This document shows positions 12,193 to 25,430 of a stretch of DNA of 64,000 bases, one piece after another. Positions within the stretch are counted from its first letter, which is position 1; each line of letters opens with the position of its first letter. A program made the position numbers and the translations under genes. The notes below the pieces were generated by a model that made no database searches, had not been told where the DNA came from, and worked only from the letters and a program-made list of their open reading frames with translations. The stretch comes from Eledone cirrhosa (lineage: Eukaryota): positions 301,010,001-301,074,000 of the forward strand of contig OZ024740.1 in NCBI GenBank assembly GCA_964016885.1, given 5' to 3'.

Positions 12193-13269
12193 ATACTACA
12201 TTCATTTTTATCTGTATCTTTCTATTTTGTCTTATTTCTCTGCCTGTTTCCCACGCTGTCCTCCCAGAATGGCATACTGCACTGAACCTGCCTGCATTTG
12301 ATTTCATTTGTTTTCGCATCACCGATATTTAGCTACGTTAAATATATTTCCCCTGTTATGTGCTTAGTCATAACATTTTGCATATTTTTTCATTCTTTTA
12401 AAGATAATTCTTTCTCAATTGTAGACATTTTATATCGTATTTACATTCGAAAAAAATATGCCAAAACATTCTTTTGTCATTCTGTAAACTACGCTTTCCT
12501 TCGAAGCAGCCTGAACTTCCCTATTGATAGTGTTGGTAGGGATCACATTTTTTTTGGTACACTTTTATTTCGCTTATCTAAAGACTTTTTCATATATTTT
12601 TCGAATTTTCCCCTTTGCTATTAACTAAACCATTATTAGGTGTTGTTACTCTAATTCAGGTACCAGGTGATGCATTAAAACCAGATTGTTATGTGACCTA
12701 TAATGTGCAGCTAATAGAGTGCGCATTGCTTTCCGCGTTTAACTGTTTATTTGTGTCTTAGATATATTTTTGTTGTTGTTTTGCTAACAAAAAGCATGCA
12801 TATTGTTATTGTTAGACATCAGAAATATATCATCTTGAGGAGATTGATTTCTTTTATTATCACTCTCTCTCTCTTGTCGTAATTCTTCCTTCCTATCCCA
12901 TCCTGCCCTCGAATAATAGCTCTCTGAATCCTTCTTCTTCTGCGTCCATTTCACCATTCCGAGAATAATATCCCCCTATTTCTCTGCGCATCCTAGCATT
13001 CTGTACTTAAATAACAGATCTTAAGATCTATATTTTCATATATTTCTGCACATATTGGGTCTATTTTTACATACAATTCTTTTCATTATATCCGAACAGA
13101 ATTTTCTAATTGTCTTTTGTAGATATATATATAATTTTTTTTCTGGCAGAAGCCTATACTTTGTTGATAATTTCGTTGGAAACCCAGATCCCTTGTTACT
13201 TCATTATTCTATTTAGTCGCATCTAGTATATAGACTTCTTACTTAGTTTATTCGCCCGTGGCTTGAGTT

Positions 13270-13650
13270 TTATGAAATTACCAGAAGATCTGCGATTTGC
13301 GCGGAATCGGATGCTCCCATAGTGATATCAAAGTTTTTATCTCTATCTGAGCGGGTCCAATATTCGTTGTTGAAGTTAATATGAGTTCTTCTGGCTGTTA
13401 GTATTATATCTATTTCATCCGGGGTTATATCAGTAGGCTTATAAGCATATGAAAGAGCCTTATTTAGAAGGTTAGGTGTTATTGAAGAATAATAGCTAGT
13501 AATGTCCATCTGAACGAATATATTGTTTTTCTTATCTTCTATATGTTTGTACCATTCTATGACTTCGTTTGTATCTTTCCATAAGCTCAACTTAGATCTC
13601 AATTTAAGAGTGGGTAATATTCTATCTATGATGTTTTACTGATTAATCCA
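13270..13650 (-). pseudogene. PLE reverse transcriptase fragment, Hydra-clade-like
   Basis: LWKDTNEVIEWY..FVQMDITSYYSSI..FDITMGASDSAQIADL (RT motifs A and B). Confidence 0.85.
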
Positions 13651-13666
13651 ATATCAGATCCTTCTA

Positions 13667-13737
13667 CATATATTACCACTTATCTTCCCGACATATATTA
13701 CCACTTATCCTTCTAGATATATTACCACTTATCTTCC
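13667..13737. repeat. Three tandem copies of a ~24-bp unit at the RT fragment junction
   Basis: ATATATTACCACTTATC(T/C)T core occurs three times. Confidence 0.85.
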
Positions 13738-13982
13738 CTCTCTCTACATATCCTATCCCCGCGGCTCTCATTTACCGCTTTCCCTGATAAATTGTAGTAT
13801 CATACATTTTAAAATCTCTAAGCAACGTTTTTCTTACTCTCACATTCTCTATTGAATTTATTACGTTTTCGCATTTTCTCATTATTAGGGTATAAATGTT
13901 AAATTTTCTCTTAGGTTAATCACTACCTTGATTAATTCTTAACCATTTAACATCTCAGGGTATGTCATGTATCATATTTTGT

Positions 13983-14020
13983 CTGATGAGGACGTACTGT
14001 TGTACATTCGAAATATGTAT
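13983..14020 (+). ncRNA. HHR-like motif in PLE terminus, inverted relative to the adjacent RT
   Basis: CTGATGA-GGACGTAC(TGTT)GTACATTC-GAAA-TATGTA; helix I poor. Confidence 0.55.
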
Positions 14021-14073
14021 AATAAAATGTAATTGATCAAAAAAACATCTATTTTATTAATATGTATATCCTA

Positions 14074-14126
<53 letters not shown>

Positions 14127-14159
14127 TGGTAACACAACAGTTAGTTCACAATACCGAGA

Positions 14160-14190
14160 ACAATTGATTCACCTTAGCGGATCCTCAGGT
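14160..14190 (-). ncRNA. Degenerate minimal HHR
   Basis: Minus strand CTGAGGA-TCC(GCTAA)GGT-GAAT-CAATTG; resembles the 10143 motif; palindromic helix III region. Confidence 0.4.
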
Positions 14191-14350
14191 AGTAATGGTC
14201 ATGGTTATACGGAATAGGAAGGACAACCGTTTCGTGAGAGCATCCCCGTTTAGCTTGGACACGTGTCTCCTACTATAGACAGGATTTGACACATGTTTGT
14301 GAAAGAAATTTAGTTGATAGAAACTGCTTGAAGATTGCCGTATATACATC

Positions 14351-14388
<38 letters not shown>

Positions 14389-14401
14389 GGTGTGTGTAAT
14401 T

Positions 14402-14592
14402 TAATTGTTTCTACTTTTGGCACAAGGTCAGTAATTATCCCATGGTATTACTGGTACCTTATTTTATCGACGCCATAAGCATAAAAGGCAAAGTTAACCT
14501 CGGCGGGATTTGAACTCAGATCATAAATGGCCGTAACTCTTTGCTGCAAAGCATGGCGTCACACCCTCTACCGATACTGCCAATCCACCGCC
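14402..14592 (-). mobile_element. tRNA-derived SINE
   Basis: Minus strand A-box TGGCAGTATCGG, B-box GAGTTCAAATCC, body and tail shared with three other copies. Confidence 0.85.
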
Positions 14593-15224
14593 TTGTAGCG
14601 GTGTGTGTAATTTAATGGTTCATGATTGTGTCCCTGTCATGTCTTATGACCCTGATACAATGCTTCGAGAAAACGATCGATACAATAATATCAGTGCAAT
14701 AACAAATATACTTTAAAAAATACTTGGAATGAAATGATCAAAAATAATTTTGTCTAACAAAATTGAAAATAGTTTTGAAAGCGAAACCATGTCTTACGTT
14801 CAGATATACAGATACAAATGTTCTATTACCTTTACAGACAAGATCAAGCTTATTCAAGTTATATGTACATAGAAATACATTGGTATACTTTCATTTGCGG
14901 AACTCGATAGTGACTAATTTAACGATTTTAGAGAAGCAGAAATGGTGTATCAAAAATAGAAGAAATATATACCTAAAATAAATACATTTAATTTCCCTCG
15001 TGTATATGTCTACCATATTCGTTAAATCATAAATTGCATTAATATTATTTAAATTTATTTTAACTGCTCGTTTTATTAAATGAATAAATCACACGAAAAT
15101 ATAAACGGCAATGTAGATTTTGTGCAAACAATTAGAAGAGCGCTCTTTAAATATAATATACATTAATAACGTAATGCTATATATGTTCAATGCATATCTA
15201 CGTGGAAAACATATATAAAAGGAT

Positions 15225-15500
15225 TATGATGATATGATAAGGATGATGATGATGGTGATGATATTGATGGCGATGGTGATGATGATGTTCATGATCATGA
15301 TGATAATGATGATGATGATGATGTTGATGATGATGATGGTGGTGGTGATGATGATGATGATGATTGTGTTGCTGTTGTTGCTGCTGATGATGATGAAGAT
15401 GTTGACAATGATAATGGAGATGATGATGGTGATGGTGTTAATGATGATAATTAGGGACTGATGGTGATGCTAATGCTGTTGCAGCTTGTGATGGTGATAT
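15225..15500. repeat. Degenerate (GAT)n microsatellite
   Basis: Visible trinucleotide run. Confidence 0.95.
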
Positions 15501-17019
15501 TACTAATAGGTAAAAGCTCATGGAAATATAATTAATTTACCTACTGATATAAACAGAAAATATTCAAACAAATATAGCAACGCTGCATTTATCAGAGGAA
15601 TAGCAAATATATTGAAATTAATATTATTCTGATTATATACATGATAGTTTAGAAACGGTGATTATATGGTAACAGTTGATATATATGAAAAAAAAACACT
15701 AACATTTTCGATTATACTTGCGTGAAAAATTACTTAAATAATTGAAATGAAATAGTGAAGGGAATATAAACAGTTACAGAAAACTGTTGTTTCAGTTATA
15801 GGAATAAATACCATTTAATTATAACTAAAATAACTATTATTTGGAATGCAATTAGCAAAGACAACAAACCAGTGTTAGAGTAATAATGCAACAACAGATT
15901 AATGTACCTAAATGAAAAATAAAATTGAATATATAATCATGATACACCCTAAAATATAAATATGATAGACTGTGTATCCACACCAAATACGATCGTTGCT
16001 GTAGCATTGAAACAGAAATACAACATATACGCTTATGAATTAAATTTAATTTTACATAAGAATTGGGTTTTGTATTTTCTTCCTGTAAATAAAAAGAAAT
16101 CTATGCTTATATATAATGTTTGATTTGTTCCTTTCCGAATCCCCTTCGGGATATGCAATCTTAGGGCGTCCACCCGTACCACCCAGGACAGGCCGCAGGC
16201 CCATCTCCAGTTTTTACGCCAAGAAATGTAGACTGTAATTTATCTTTCCAGCATGTCCCTGTACTTAAAATTTTAACTCGTCCCTAGTCATCACGCGCGA
16301 AGAATGATGCATATCTATAGAGTACATATTATACACACACACACACATACACACTCACACACACATACATCGCCCCACACACACACACATATATATATAT
16401 ATATGTTCGTATATTTGTGTGTATGTGTGTTTGTGTGGGGATGTGTGTATGTGTTTGTGTGTTGTGTGTGTATTTGTATAATAGTATATATGTGATGCAT
16501 GCATAAGTATATATCTGGGTGTGTGTTTTTATCTGAGCTAAGGAGCATGAGAATTCCATGCAATTTCATATAGAAATTATTGAATATACATCAAAAAGTC
16601 AAAATGAAATAAACAGTAAATATCTTACGATACGTTATGAATTTGTGTTTTGTAAAATATCAAACATAATTCAAATATAATAATTTTCTGGTGGAAAATT
16701 TAATACAAAAAAAATCATTATGAATATGTATGTCCATATATAAGAAATAAATATATATCTGATTCAGATATCACAAAGAGAAATTAATCAAATATAATAT
16801 ACAAGCGAAAACGCTGAATATATAACTGTCTTATGAATTCGATATATTAGGTATTAAATTGAACACACATGTTACAATGTAGGCATACAACATATTCAAT
16901 CACGAACCTTAACCCACATACACATATAACCAGAGTTATACATATTTGTAAATATATGTATGTGTCTATATTTACATACATGTATATATTGGGCTAGATT
17001 GAGATATATATTTATGACT

Positions 17020-17300
17020 ATATTTGTATGTGTGTATGTGTGTGTGTGTGTTTGTGTGTCTGTATGTGTGTGTGTGTGTTTGTGTTTGTGTGTGTGTTTG
17101 TATGTCTGTATGTGTGTGTGTGTTTGTGTTTGTGTGTTTGTGTGTATGTATGTGTGTGTGTGTTTGTGTTTGTGTGTGCGTTTGTGTGTCGGTATGTGTG
17201 TGTGTTTGTATTTGTGTGTGTGTTTGTGTGTATGTATGTGTGTGTGTGTTTGTGTGTGTGTGTGTTTGTGTGTCTGTATGTGTGTGTGTGTTTGTGTTTG
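17020..17300. repeat. Compound (TG)n microsatellite
   Basis: Visible. Confidence 0.95.
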
Positions 17301-17659
17301 AAGTCACTGTCCTACATTTCCATATATTAATTTATTAAATAACGACCGTTATGTAAATTTCAGAAATGTTAGACAAATTTACGTATGTTTAACATGTCAT
17401 CTCCAGACAGGAATTAATATGGTATGGGATATTCAGACAACGAGAAATAATATGCTGAGTGTACAAAATTCGTTCAGCACATAGTAGTAATTTATATCAA
17501 TTTCTCCATACATAGGCGATGACACAGGACCGAGACCTATGGCGTTACGCAGTAATAAAGGTAGACCCGACTTTCCAAGGGTACAAGCCAAAGCTGAAAC
17601 ATATAGACAGTATGACACCGCCCCGTCCCACTGTAAAGTGGTCATGTAGATGTCACGAA

Positions 17660-17867
17660 AGAAAATCATCCAGTGCAAAATCCACGGTAAAAATCACACA
17701 GTACTCACGGCAAAATGAGTTTGGTGTTTTGAAGGGTATCCAGCTGTAGAAAACAAGCCAAAATAAGTTCTGTATGAGGAAGACATGGTCCTCTGAATTG
17801 GCATTGCCCGCAACAGGACAACTAGTCTAACCCATGTTGGCGTGGAAGAATGGACGTAAAACGATGT

Positions 17868-17900
<33 letters not shown>

Positions 17901-17935
17901 GGAGGAGGAGGAGGAGGAGGAGGAGGAGGAGGAGG
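17660..17935 (+). mobile_element. Probable SINE 3' portion with (GAT)n/(GAG)n tail
   Basis: GAAGGGTATCCAGCTGTAGAAAA motif and ...TGGACGTAAAACGATG(ATG)n tail resemble, from memory, an abundant octopus short retroposon. Confidence 0.5.
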
Positions 17936-18790
17936 GGAGGACGATACAGAGCGCGTTTATAAAATGACAGTTCTCTAGTCGACTCGTGTATCAAGCCGAT
18001 ATGACGTATTATCTTTTTTGATGGGTTCATTCGTAGTCATGCACATACTGACAATTCCTCATTCCACCTACTAACGGGTCTAGCTATCGAAACGGCTGAC
18101 CTCTACTTAATGCACTAAACTTCGGACTAGACTAAAACTGAAACGAACAATCAAACATTTACAAATACCTATGTATCTCTAAAGAATTACCTCCTTCACA
18201 TCCTACCTAATCCTTTTTCTTAAATAAATTAAATATCATCCATCATGAATGACCTCCCGCTGCATATTAACTCTCTAAAAAGGGAAATCATATCAAACCC
18301 CAGTCCACCATTTGCCTCCATGATGGATCAAATAAGCACTCTTGCTATATTAACACATTTTGATCTGCTTATCTTCAAGAACTATGCCTGTAAATAAATT
18401 TTTTTTTTCTTTTACATTGCCTTATTATGCTCCACATTAGGTCCCTTTTTTCTTTTTTCTCTTCACTTCATAAACCTTGTTTGTAAATAACATTATTCTT
18501 TCTGCACGATTTCTTTAACATGTCCAACACCACCATTCTACACAAATACATATTATTATCATTTGATAATGCATAAAAATGGTGAAACCGGTAATAGACA
18601 ATTATTAAATATATAAATAAATAAATGAATGTCATTGTTAATTACTAAATATATCAACTAATACCTTAACACTTCACACAAAGAAAAATATTTCGTTTTA
18701 ATCATTTTCTAACCCAGAAAAAAGAGAGAAACAAATAAAAAGGGAAAAAACAATATTTTTCTTCCTAATAATCGTCTTTTTCTCCCTGTT

Positions 18791-18893
18791 AGACCAAGGT
18801 TAACGTATGTTGATGCCCTAAGGACAGACACTGGTCTGTTGGAGACGCAGGACATGGATCTCGGGAATTTTACCCGCCTTAGATTAGATAGAT
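18791..18893 (+). mobile_element. Short 3' fragment of the LINE at 55665-56551 with an internal deletion
   Basis: Near identical to 56410-56476 joined to 56521-56550; (TAGA)n tail. Confidence 0.9.
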
Positions 18894-18928
18894 ATAGTGA
18901 GAGAGAGAAAGAAAGAGAGAGAGAGAGT

Positions 18929-19008
<80 letters not shown>

Positions 19009-20286
19009 AATTGGGTGTAATGTTTCTTGTGTTGAATAGGCTTGAAGGCCATAATCCATCATGAATAGAAATCCTTCTTAGAAATACCAAAATCTATTTT
19101 CTAACGGCACCAGCCGTCGCCCACTCTGTGATGAATGCCAGCAATCGAAATACATTGTTAATATGATAAAATTCTATTCATAAAGTATATCAGAAATATT
19201 AAAATAACAAAATAAACATGTAGTACTGCACAACTAACTTGAATTCTTACACTTATATTCACAAAAAATTTCTATTGTTTTCTTTTCTTCAAACCGAAAA
19301 TATTAACGTTTCACTATAATGCCAAGCTGATATATAGATATTATCTACCAGAGAAAGGATCTGCACATAACATAAAACAAGTTTGTTGCGTATATCCATT
19401 TTTATCCCTTTTTACGTGACAATATAGCTGTTCACTTGATATAAGCCTTTTTCAACACTTGTATTTATTATGTAAATACGCATATCCACCTAAACACACA
19501 TATACACAGACGCTCATACATATACAGATGTATTCCTATATATAAAAATTATTCAGTGACATGAATTTTATTATTACAAAAATCCAGGATTTTTCAATAT
19601 AGTTCTAACGTTTACGTTTTCAAATATATTTATGAACATATGGTTTATATTAAAGCTAAAATTTGTTTTTATCATTATCACACTTATATACATACCTTTC
19701 AACATATACCATCATACCCGCGTGCACAAGCAAATTCACATGCAAATGCACATGCACATAAAATATATAAACACATATATACACAACATAGATAAGAAAT
19801 CACGATAAAATGTGAATTTCGTATTTATTTCTCCTTTCGTTATATACTTTGCTGAGGCATTTCCTGTTATATACAGGGCAGCAGAATTTCCAAGAAAGAA
19901 GATTAACACTCGGAAACAGTTTCCAGATGAACGAATGCGTATATCAGGAAATGCTTTCAACAACTGTTATGTTCAGGAGAAATACTTTTAGATGATTGGA
20001 TAGAAAGTATGACATCATGCTGGTGACCTTGTTAGACTGTCTCGGCATGTGCCAACTCTTCATTCAGTTTACGACAGAAACAGTGGAGCGTCGATAAGTC
20101 ATGCTGAAGAGGTTTTGACCTATATCATACATCTATAAAAAAAAACATTTGTACACGACAGAAGAATAAACTAATATGCACAACAAATACACAGACACAA
20201 GGACACATATACAAATATATGTGTGTATGTATGTATGCATGTGTGTATGTAATATATATATATATATAAACGTATGTGTGTGTGTA

Positions 20287-20384
<98 letters not shown>

Positions 20385-20407
20385 CATATATATGTATATA
20401 TATATAT

Positions 20408-20515
<108 letters not shown>

Positions 20516-20529
20516 GGAGAAATAGAGAG

Positions 20530-20675
20530 AAAGTATGGTGAGAATCCTGGTGGACCATAACGCACCAGAGTACTCGATACTTAGGGTAGTAGAGTGGGTA
20601 ATAGGAAAAGAGTCAGGAACCCGACGGCTGAGCTTCGGATCTAGCTGGCGAAACGGCCGGAGTTCAGTCGTCGGG
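20530..20675 (-). mobile_element. ORF-less PLE-terminus family copy with short foldback
   Basis: Reverse complement matches 53505-53605; inverted repeat GTCAGGAACCCGACGGCTGAGCTTCGG / CCGGAGTTCAGTCGTCGGGGTTCTGAC. Confidence 0.75.
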
Positions 20676-23399
20676 GTTCTGACACTTTTCCTATATATAT
20701 ATAGAGAGAAATAGAGAGAGAGAGAGAGAGGGGGCTGAGAGAGAGAGTGCGAGAGAGGGAGAGAGAGAGAATAAGGATATATGCGAAATTCAGTGATGTT
20801 AAATAATCCTAATAAAGCTGTGATACATATTTCAATGACGATCGTGTCTACCTGATTTCCGTGCACGTAATCGGTGACGCGTTATCATCAGGCACCATCT
20901 TTATGTAATAAGGTTAGGTTTACGAGGAAATCTAAGTTAAAGACAAGAGAACGGACAGAAATGAAATTTGCATAGCTGGAGACCATTGTCCGTGAACTGA
21001 CTTCGCATTTTCTTCATTCTACATATAGTCCGTCATGGACTGACAAATCATATTTGAAAGAAAAAACTTGACCGTGAATGCTTGAATGAAATTGCATCAT
21101 TATTTATTGATTAATGCGTTGCATACGTAACGCCGTTTTGTAAACATGTTTACCGTAAGTATATATATGTGTGCGCGTGTTTGTATATGTGTGGGGGGGG
21201 GTGTTTGCGTGAGTGGCTGTGTGTGTCTGTGTGTATACCGACCTTTTACTATATAAACCCGAGTTTGTTTGTGTGGATATACAAACACAGGTAAACAAAT
21301 ATCCACGAACACACGCATTCGCACATTAATGTGTTGATTACATCCATGAATTTGGCCATTAATTTTCATTTTTTGTGAATAATATTTCCTATAATTACTT
21401 TAAAATCCAATTTCAATTAGAATAATATTTGTTATTATTGATATTATTTATTTGAAATACTGGCGAAAAAGAGTTACAATGGAAGATAATAATTAGCATG
21501 ATATATTCCTCTTTGTACACAGAAATTTGGATGCAATTGCGGCCCGATATTTCAAGTTTTCATATTTTGTCAACCAATATCAGATACATACAATTATTTC
21601 ACAAATTTAAGGCAAATTCAAAGCTCAAATGTGATTTTATAGTCCACAGCAAGTGAGGTAAAATGAAAGTTGAGAATTTAAACCAATCAGTAAATTTCCG
21701 ATCACAGTACGTTCACAATATCGCAGAGCATATATGAAATAAAAAAAAATATCTAGGATTATATTATATTAAATTGTTTAATTGATCTACGAACGTTTCT
21801 ATCATTACAGAAAATTGTTTAATTTTCCTCTAAACTGATTTTTTTCAGAATCCATTAAACAATGTAAATAACATATTTACAAAATACACGCTTACAAATA
21901 TACCTGCAGCTGAGAGCTGTATACATACTAGTCTATTTATAATACAAAACCTTCTGCATTGTGTTTTATATGTGGCGTTCTGCTAGTTGAAGAAATAGTG
22001 TCTACGTGAAAAGCTTTTGATATGCTCTATTGAATAGAATAATTTGCAATATCGTTGATGCACTACAACATTTGCAACTCTAGTTCTATATTTGTATTAC
22101 ATGAAAAGCTGACAGAAAAACTGGCATTATGGGATAAAAACGCACATGCCCACATGGGCATCAGAGCGAATGCCTTCAGAAAGGAGAAAGCATGACTACC
22201 AATACCACATGCTAGAAAGAGCAGTCAATCACCATTACGCAACACGCAAAAGCCACACATAGAAGAAAACAACAACACATATCGATTGATTCGACCGGCA
22301 AGAAATAACGGTCAACAGGTGTGTGTTAAGAAATTAATAAATGAATACATGCTTTCCAATATGTATGTGTATAATACATCATTTATAATAAATGGTTTGA
22401 ATAAAACGTAGGGATTATTTCAGGAAACATTTCGTACTCAAACAATCGAATCAAGCTCACATATTATATTCCTTAATAACATATTACATGTGTGCATTAC
22501 AGTAGAAAATATCGATTTAAATACGCGTTTATTAACATATTCCTTCCTACAATGCGCTCATCCAAACATACATTTTATCCCTACAATCTCTTAAAATTCA
22601 ACATAAACACATCAAACCTTCTACCTGCTAAGTTATTTTCCTGTAATGAAGTGATGTCTTATGATATTGCTGCTGGTCATATCTCTTTCTTTCCGAATCT
22701 TTAGAAAGTGATTTACTGGAGTTATGTTCTAATGCTTAATCGATATCATTCTTATATCCTCTTGATTCCTCCCATTGACGATTTATCTTTCTAACAAATA
22801 TGACTCCGGTTGATTTCGTTTTAATGCATCTTACTGTTAACCATTTAGCTTGAGGTCGTACATTGACACTGAGATTTAAGAGCCTTGTGTAGAAAATAAA
22901 TTCGAATACATTATCAACTAGTACACTTCTAACATCACCTTACAAACAATATTCTGTTACATTAAATATAGACCTTCGTATCCTCTTCGTCTTCCTCATA
23001 CATTATCATGTCATAGATGTGGCGTGTTCAATATGTACGTATCTTTCTCGTGACAGTGTGTCTGATGTTTGTATGCATGCCTGTGTGTTTGCATGAAAAA
23101 AAACATTGCGGGTATGAGTGTATATATGGATATATTTGTATACCTAGGCAGGTGTTTAAATATGTGTACAATTGTGAGTGTACATTAAACCAAGTAACCA
23201 ATATAGATATGAATAAGCACAGAAAGACCTATTGCGTTTTATTATAATTGATTCTGATCATAGCTAATAAACGAAGTGTCTAGTCGACTGAATATGCTAA
23301 ATGGTATTAATAGAAATTGTTTCGAAATCCATGAAATATACGCAAATTCCTGAGAGAACATGTAGCAAGCTAACGTCATATTTCACATTATATATGTCT

Positions 23400-25430
23400 G
23401 AATAATCAGCTTTACTTCTACGCCTCTTGTAAGCATTAATAATCCAGGAATAATATGGTGAACATTTATACTTTAGCTTTTGGATCCGTTATTAGTTCAG
23501 GAGCGGTGGCAGACTTGTGGTTGATTGCGTGTTTTCACGTATATGATTCTTACAATTAATATCTAAGTTGGCCTTTGCAAAAGATAGTTTCTGATTCTTA
23601 CATTGTTTTATGAACCACATAGTTTTTCTTTTTTATGTCTGTTTCCTTCATCAGCTTATCAGTAATGGTTGTCAGTCCTATTGACGATAGTAAATATTTT
23701 AGATGTTTAATGTATTGTGTTCTGTAATTGTATATATGCTTCTCCTCCACTCACAATATTGTAGAATTATTCGAGCCAAGCTGTATATTCTAACCATATT
23801 GCATATAAAGATTGATCATTGTTTGCTTGCGTATTCCGAATATCATTCATTATGGATTTCATTCTAGCAAAGAAACTTTTTCCAGCTTCCTATCTATACA
23901 TTAACGTTAAATCTTAAAATTTTAATTATTTAATCATTATCATAACAATGGATCAGTTATATTCTTGTTTCATTTCTAAATATATAATGGTAAGTAGCAT
24001 CTTATCTTTTTCATTTCTTTCGTCTTGTTTTTAATTCACGTATTTTGTTATTTGTATTTAACATGATATTGTCGAAAATTATAATTTTAATATATTTAAT
24101 GCTGTTATAATATTTCTTCTCTTCGGCATATCTTTTAGCTGCTGGTTAACCGGCGGTACAATATTGAAGAACTTTCCCGGATAATTTGTACTTTTATAAT
24201 AATGGTTATCATGTAATCAATGAAAGTCCCTCAACATTATACATGTTGTTATTGCATCCATCCATTTTAGATAATATGCATGGTCCTATATGGACCCATA
24301 TCTCCCGAGGGAGTCGTAGTGGTGACTTATCGATATGTGGGGTTTTTCAGGGCATTATAATACCTGGCGACCCACATCCTCCCCAGGTCTTAATACAGCA
24401 GATTTAATCTACAAAGGATATACAGTAAGAGAGAAAGAGGAAATGAGAATGAGATATAGTGGATGAATCGACCCAAGTACTAAAGTAATACACTTTATTG
24501 AACTCGAATGGATGAAAGCTAACGTTGATATCTTTGAATAATATGGAGGATGTATAAACAATGAATGCACTACAGCTATTTTATTTATAAATGGGAATTC
24601 TTTCATTTTCACAAGCTGGATGATTTTCTACCAGTGATCAAGTATGTAACGTTTCGCAGTATTTTTCATTTTTCCACAATTATTTAAGTTATCGCATTTA
24701 TGTTGGACTCCAGACAAATATTTTGATCGATTTAATCGAAACTAATTCTCTCCACAAAATATTGGACTTTATCTTATGTTAGAAATAGTTATTGATATTA
24801 CTTCTATTTTAAGTTTTGTTTTCGTCAGTGATTTGGCTGCCACTTTAGAGAGTCGAATAAAATTCCTTGCAATATTTGTTCTAGATCTTTAACTTCAGAC
24901 CCCGCTCGGGTCAACTAGCCCATTCATCTTTCTGGTGTCTATAAAATAAAGAAGTAATCATAGACTGGGGTCGATATAATCATTTGTTCGCCTTCTCAAA
25001 ATTTGAGAATTATTTGATATATAAATGATTTCTTTTATCTTTATTATCCATGATTTTAACTATAATTCACGAGTGTCTTGTCATAAAAGAGGAATGGGAT
25101 ATATGTAGGAAAACAAGCCTAAACTCATTTCAAGTTTAACAAAAGGTTCAGTATTCTCACCAGTGGTATTTGAGCATGATCTAAAAATCCTTACATTACC
25201 TAGTTTTACTTTGGTTATTGATAATTTATTTAAACTCACCATGTGTAGAAATGACATGCTTCATTATATTATATCTCTGTACAATATATTTGACGTATTG
25301 TTGCAGATATTATAGCACACTGATGATACTGTTCTTTCTATATCGTCGAAATGTTGGGTATTCCAGTATATAAGTCTATCGACCATGCCCTGATCATCTT
25401 TCTTGTATCTTCATTTATCTGTTCCTTTCA
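23400..25430 (-). mobile_element. Highly decayed LINE remnants, possibly R4/Dong-like
   Basis: Only scattered peptide hints (DTRKMI, VDRL, ITDPK, HHIIPG); boundaries uncertain. Confidence 0.25.
24830..25010 (+). mobile_element. Old diverged SINE copy
   Basis: TTCAGACCCCGCTCGGGTCAAC..TTCATCTTTCTGGTGTCTATAAAATAAAG resembles the SINE B-box and body. Confidence 0.45.

Noticed and set aside
13667-13737. Short repeats resembling a CRISPR array
   Set aside because: Tandem units without unique spacers, eukaryotic context, no cas genes
14490-14592. tRNA gene suggested by A and B boxes
   Set aside because: No cloverleaf; it is the head of a multi-copy SINE
15234-15461. Poly-Met ORF
   Set aside because: Translation of an (ATG)n microsatellite
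20104-20130. CTGAAGA-GGT(TTTG)ACC HHR-like half
   Set aside because: GAAA box is absent
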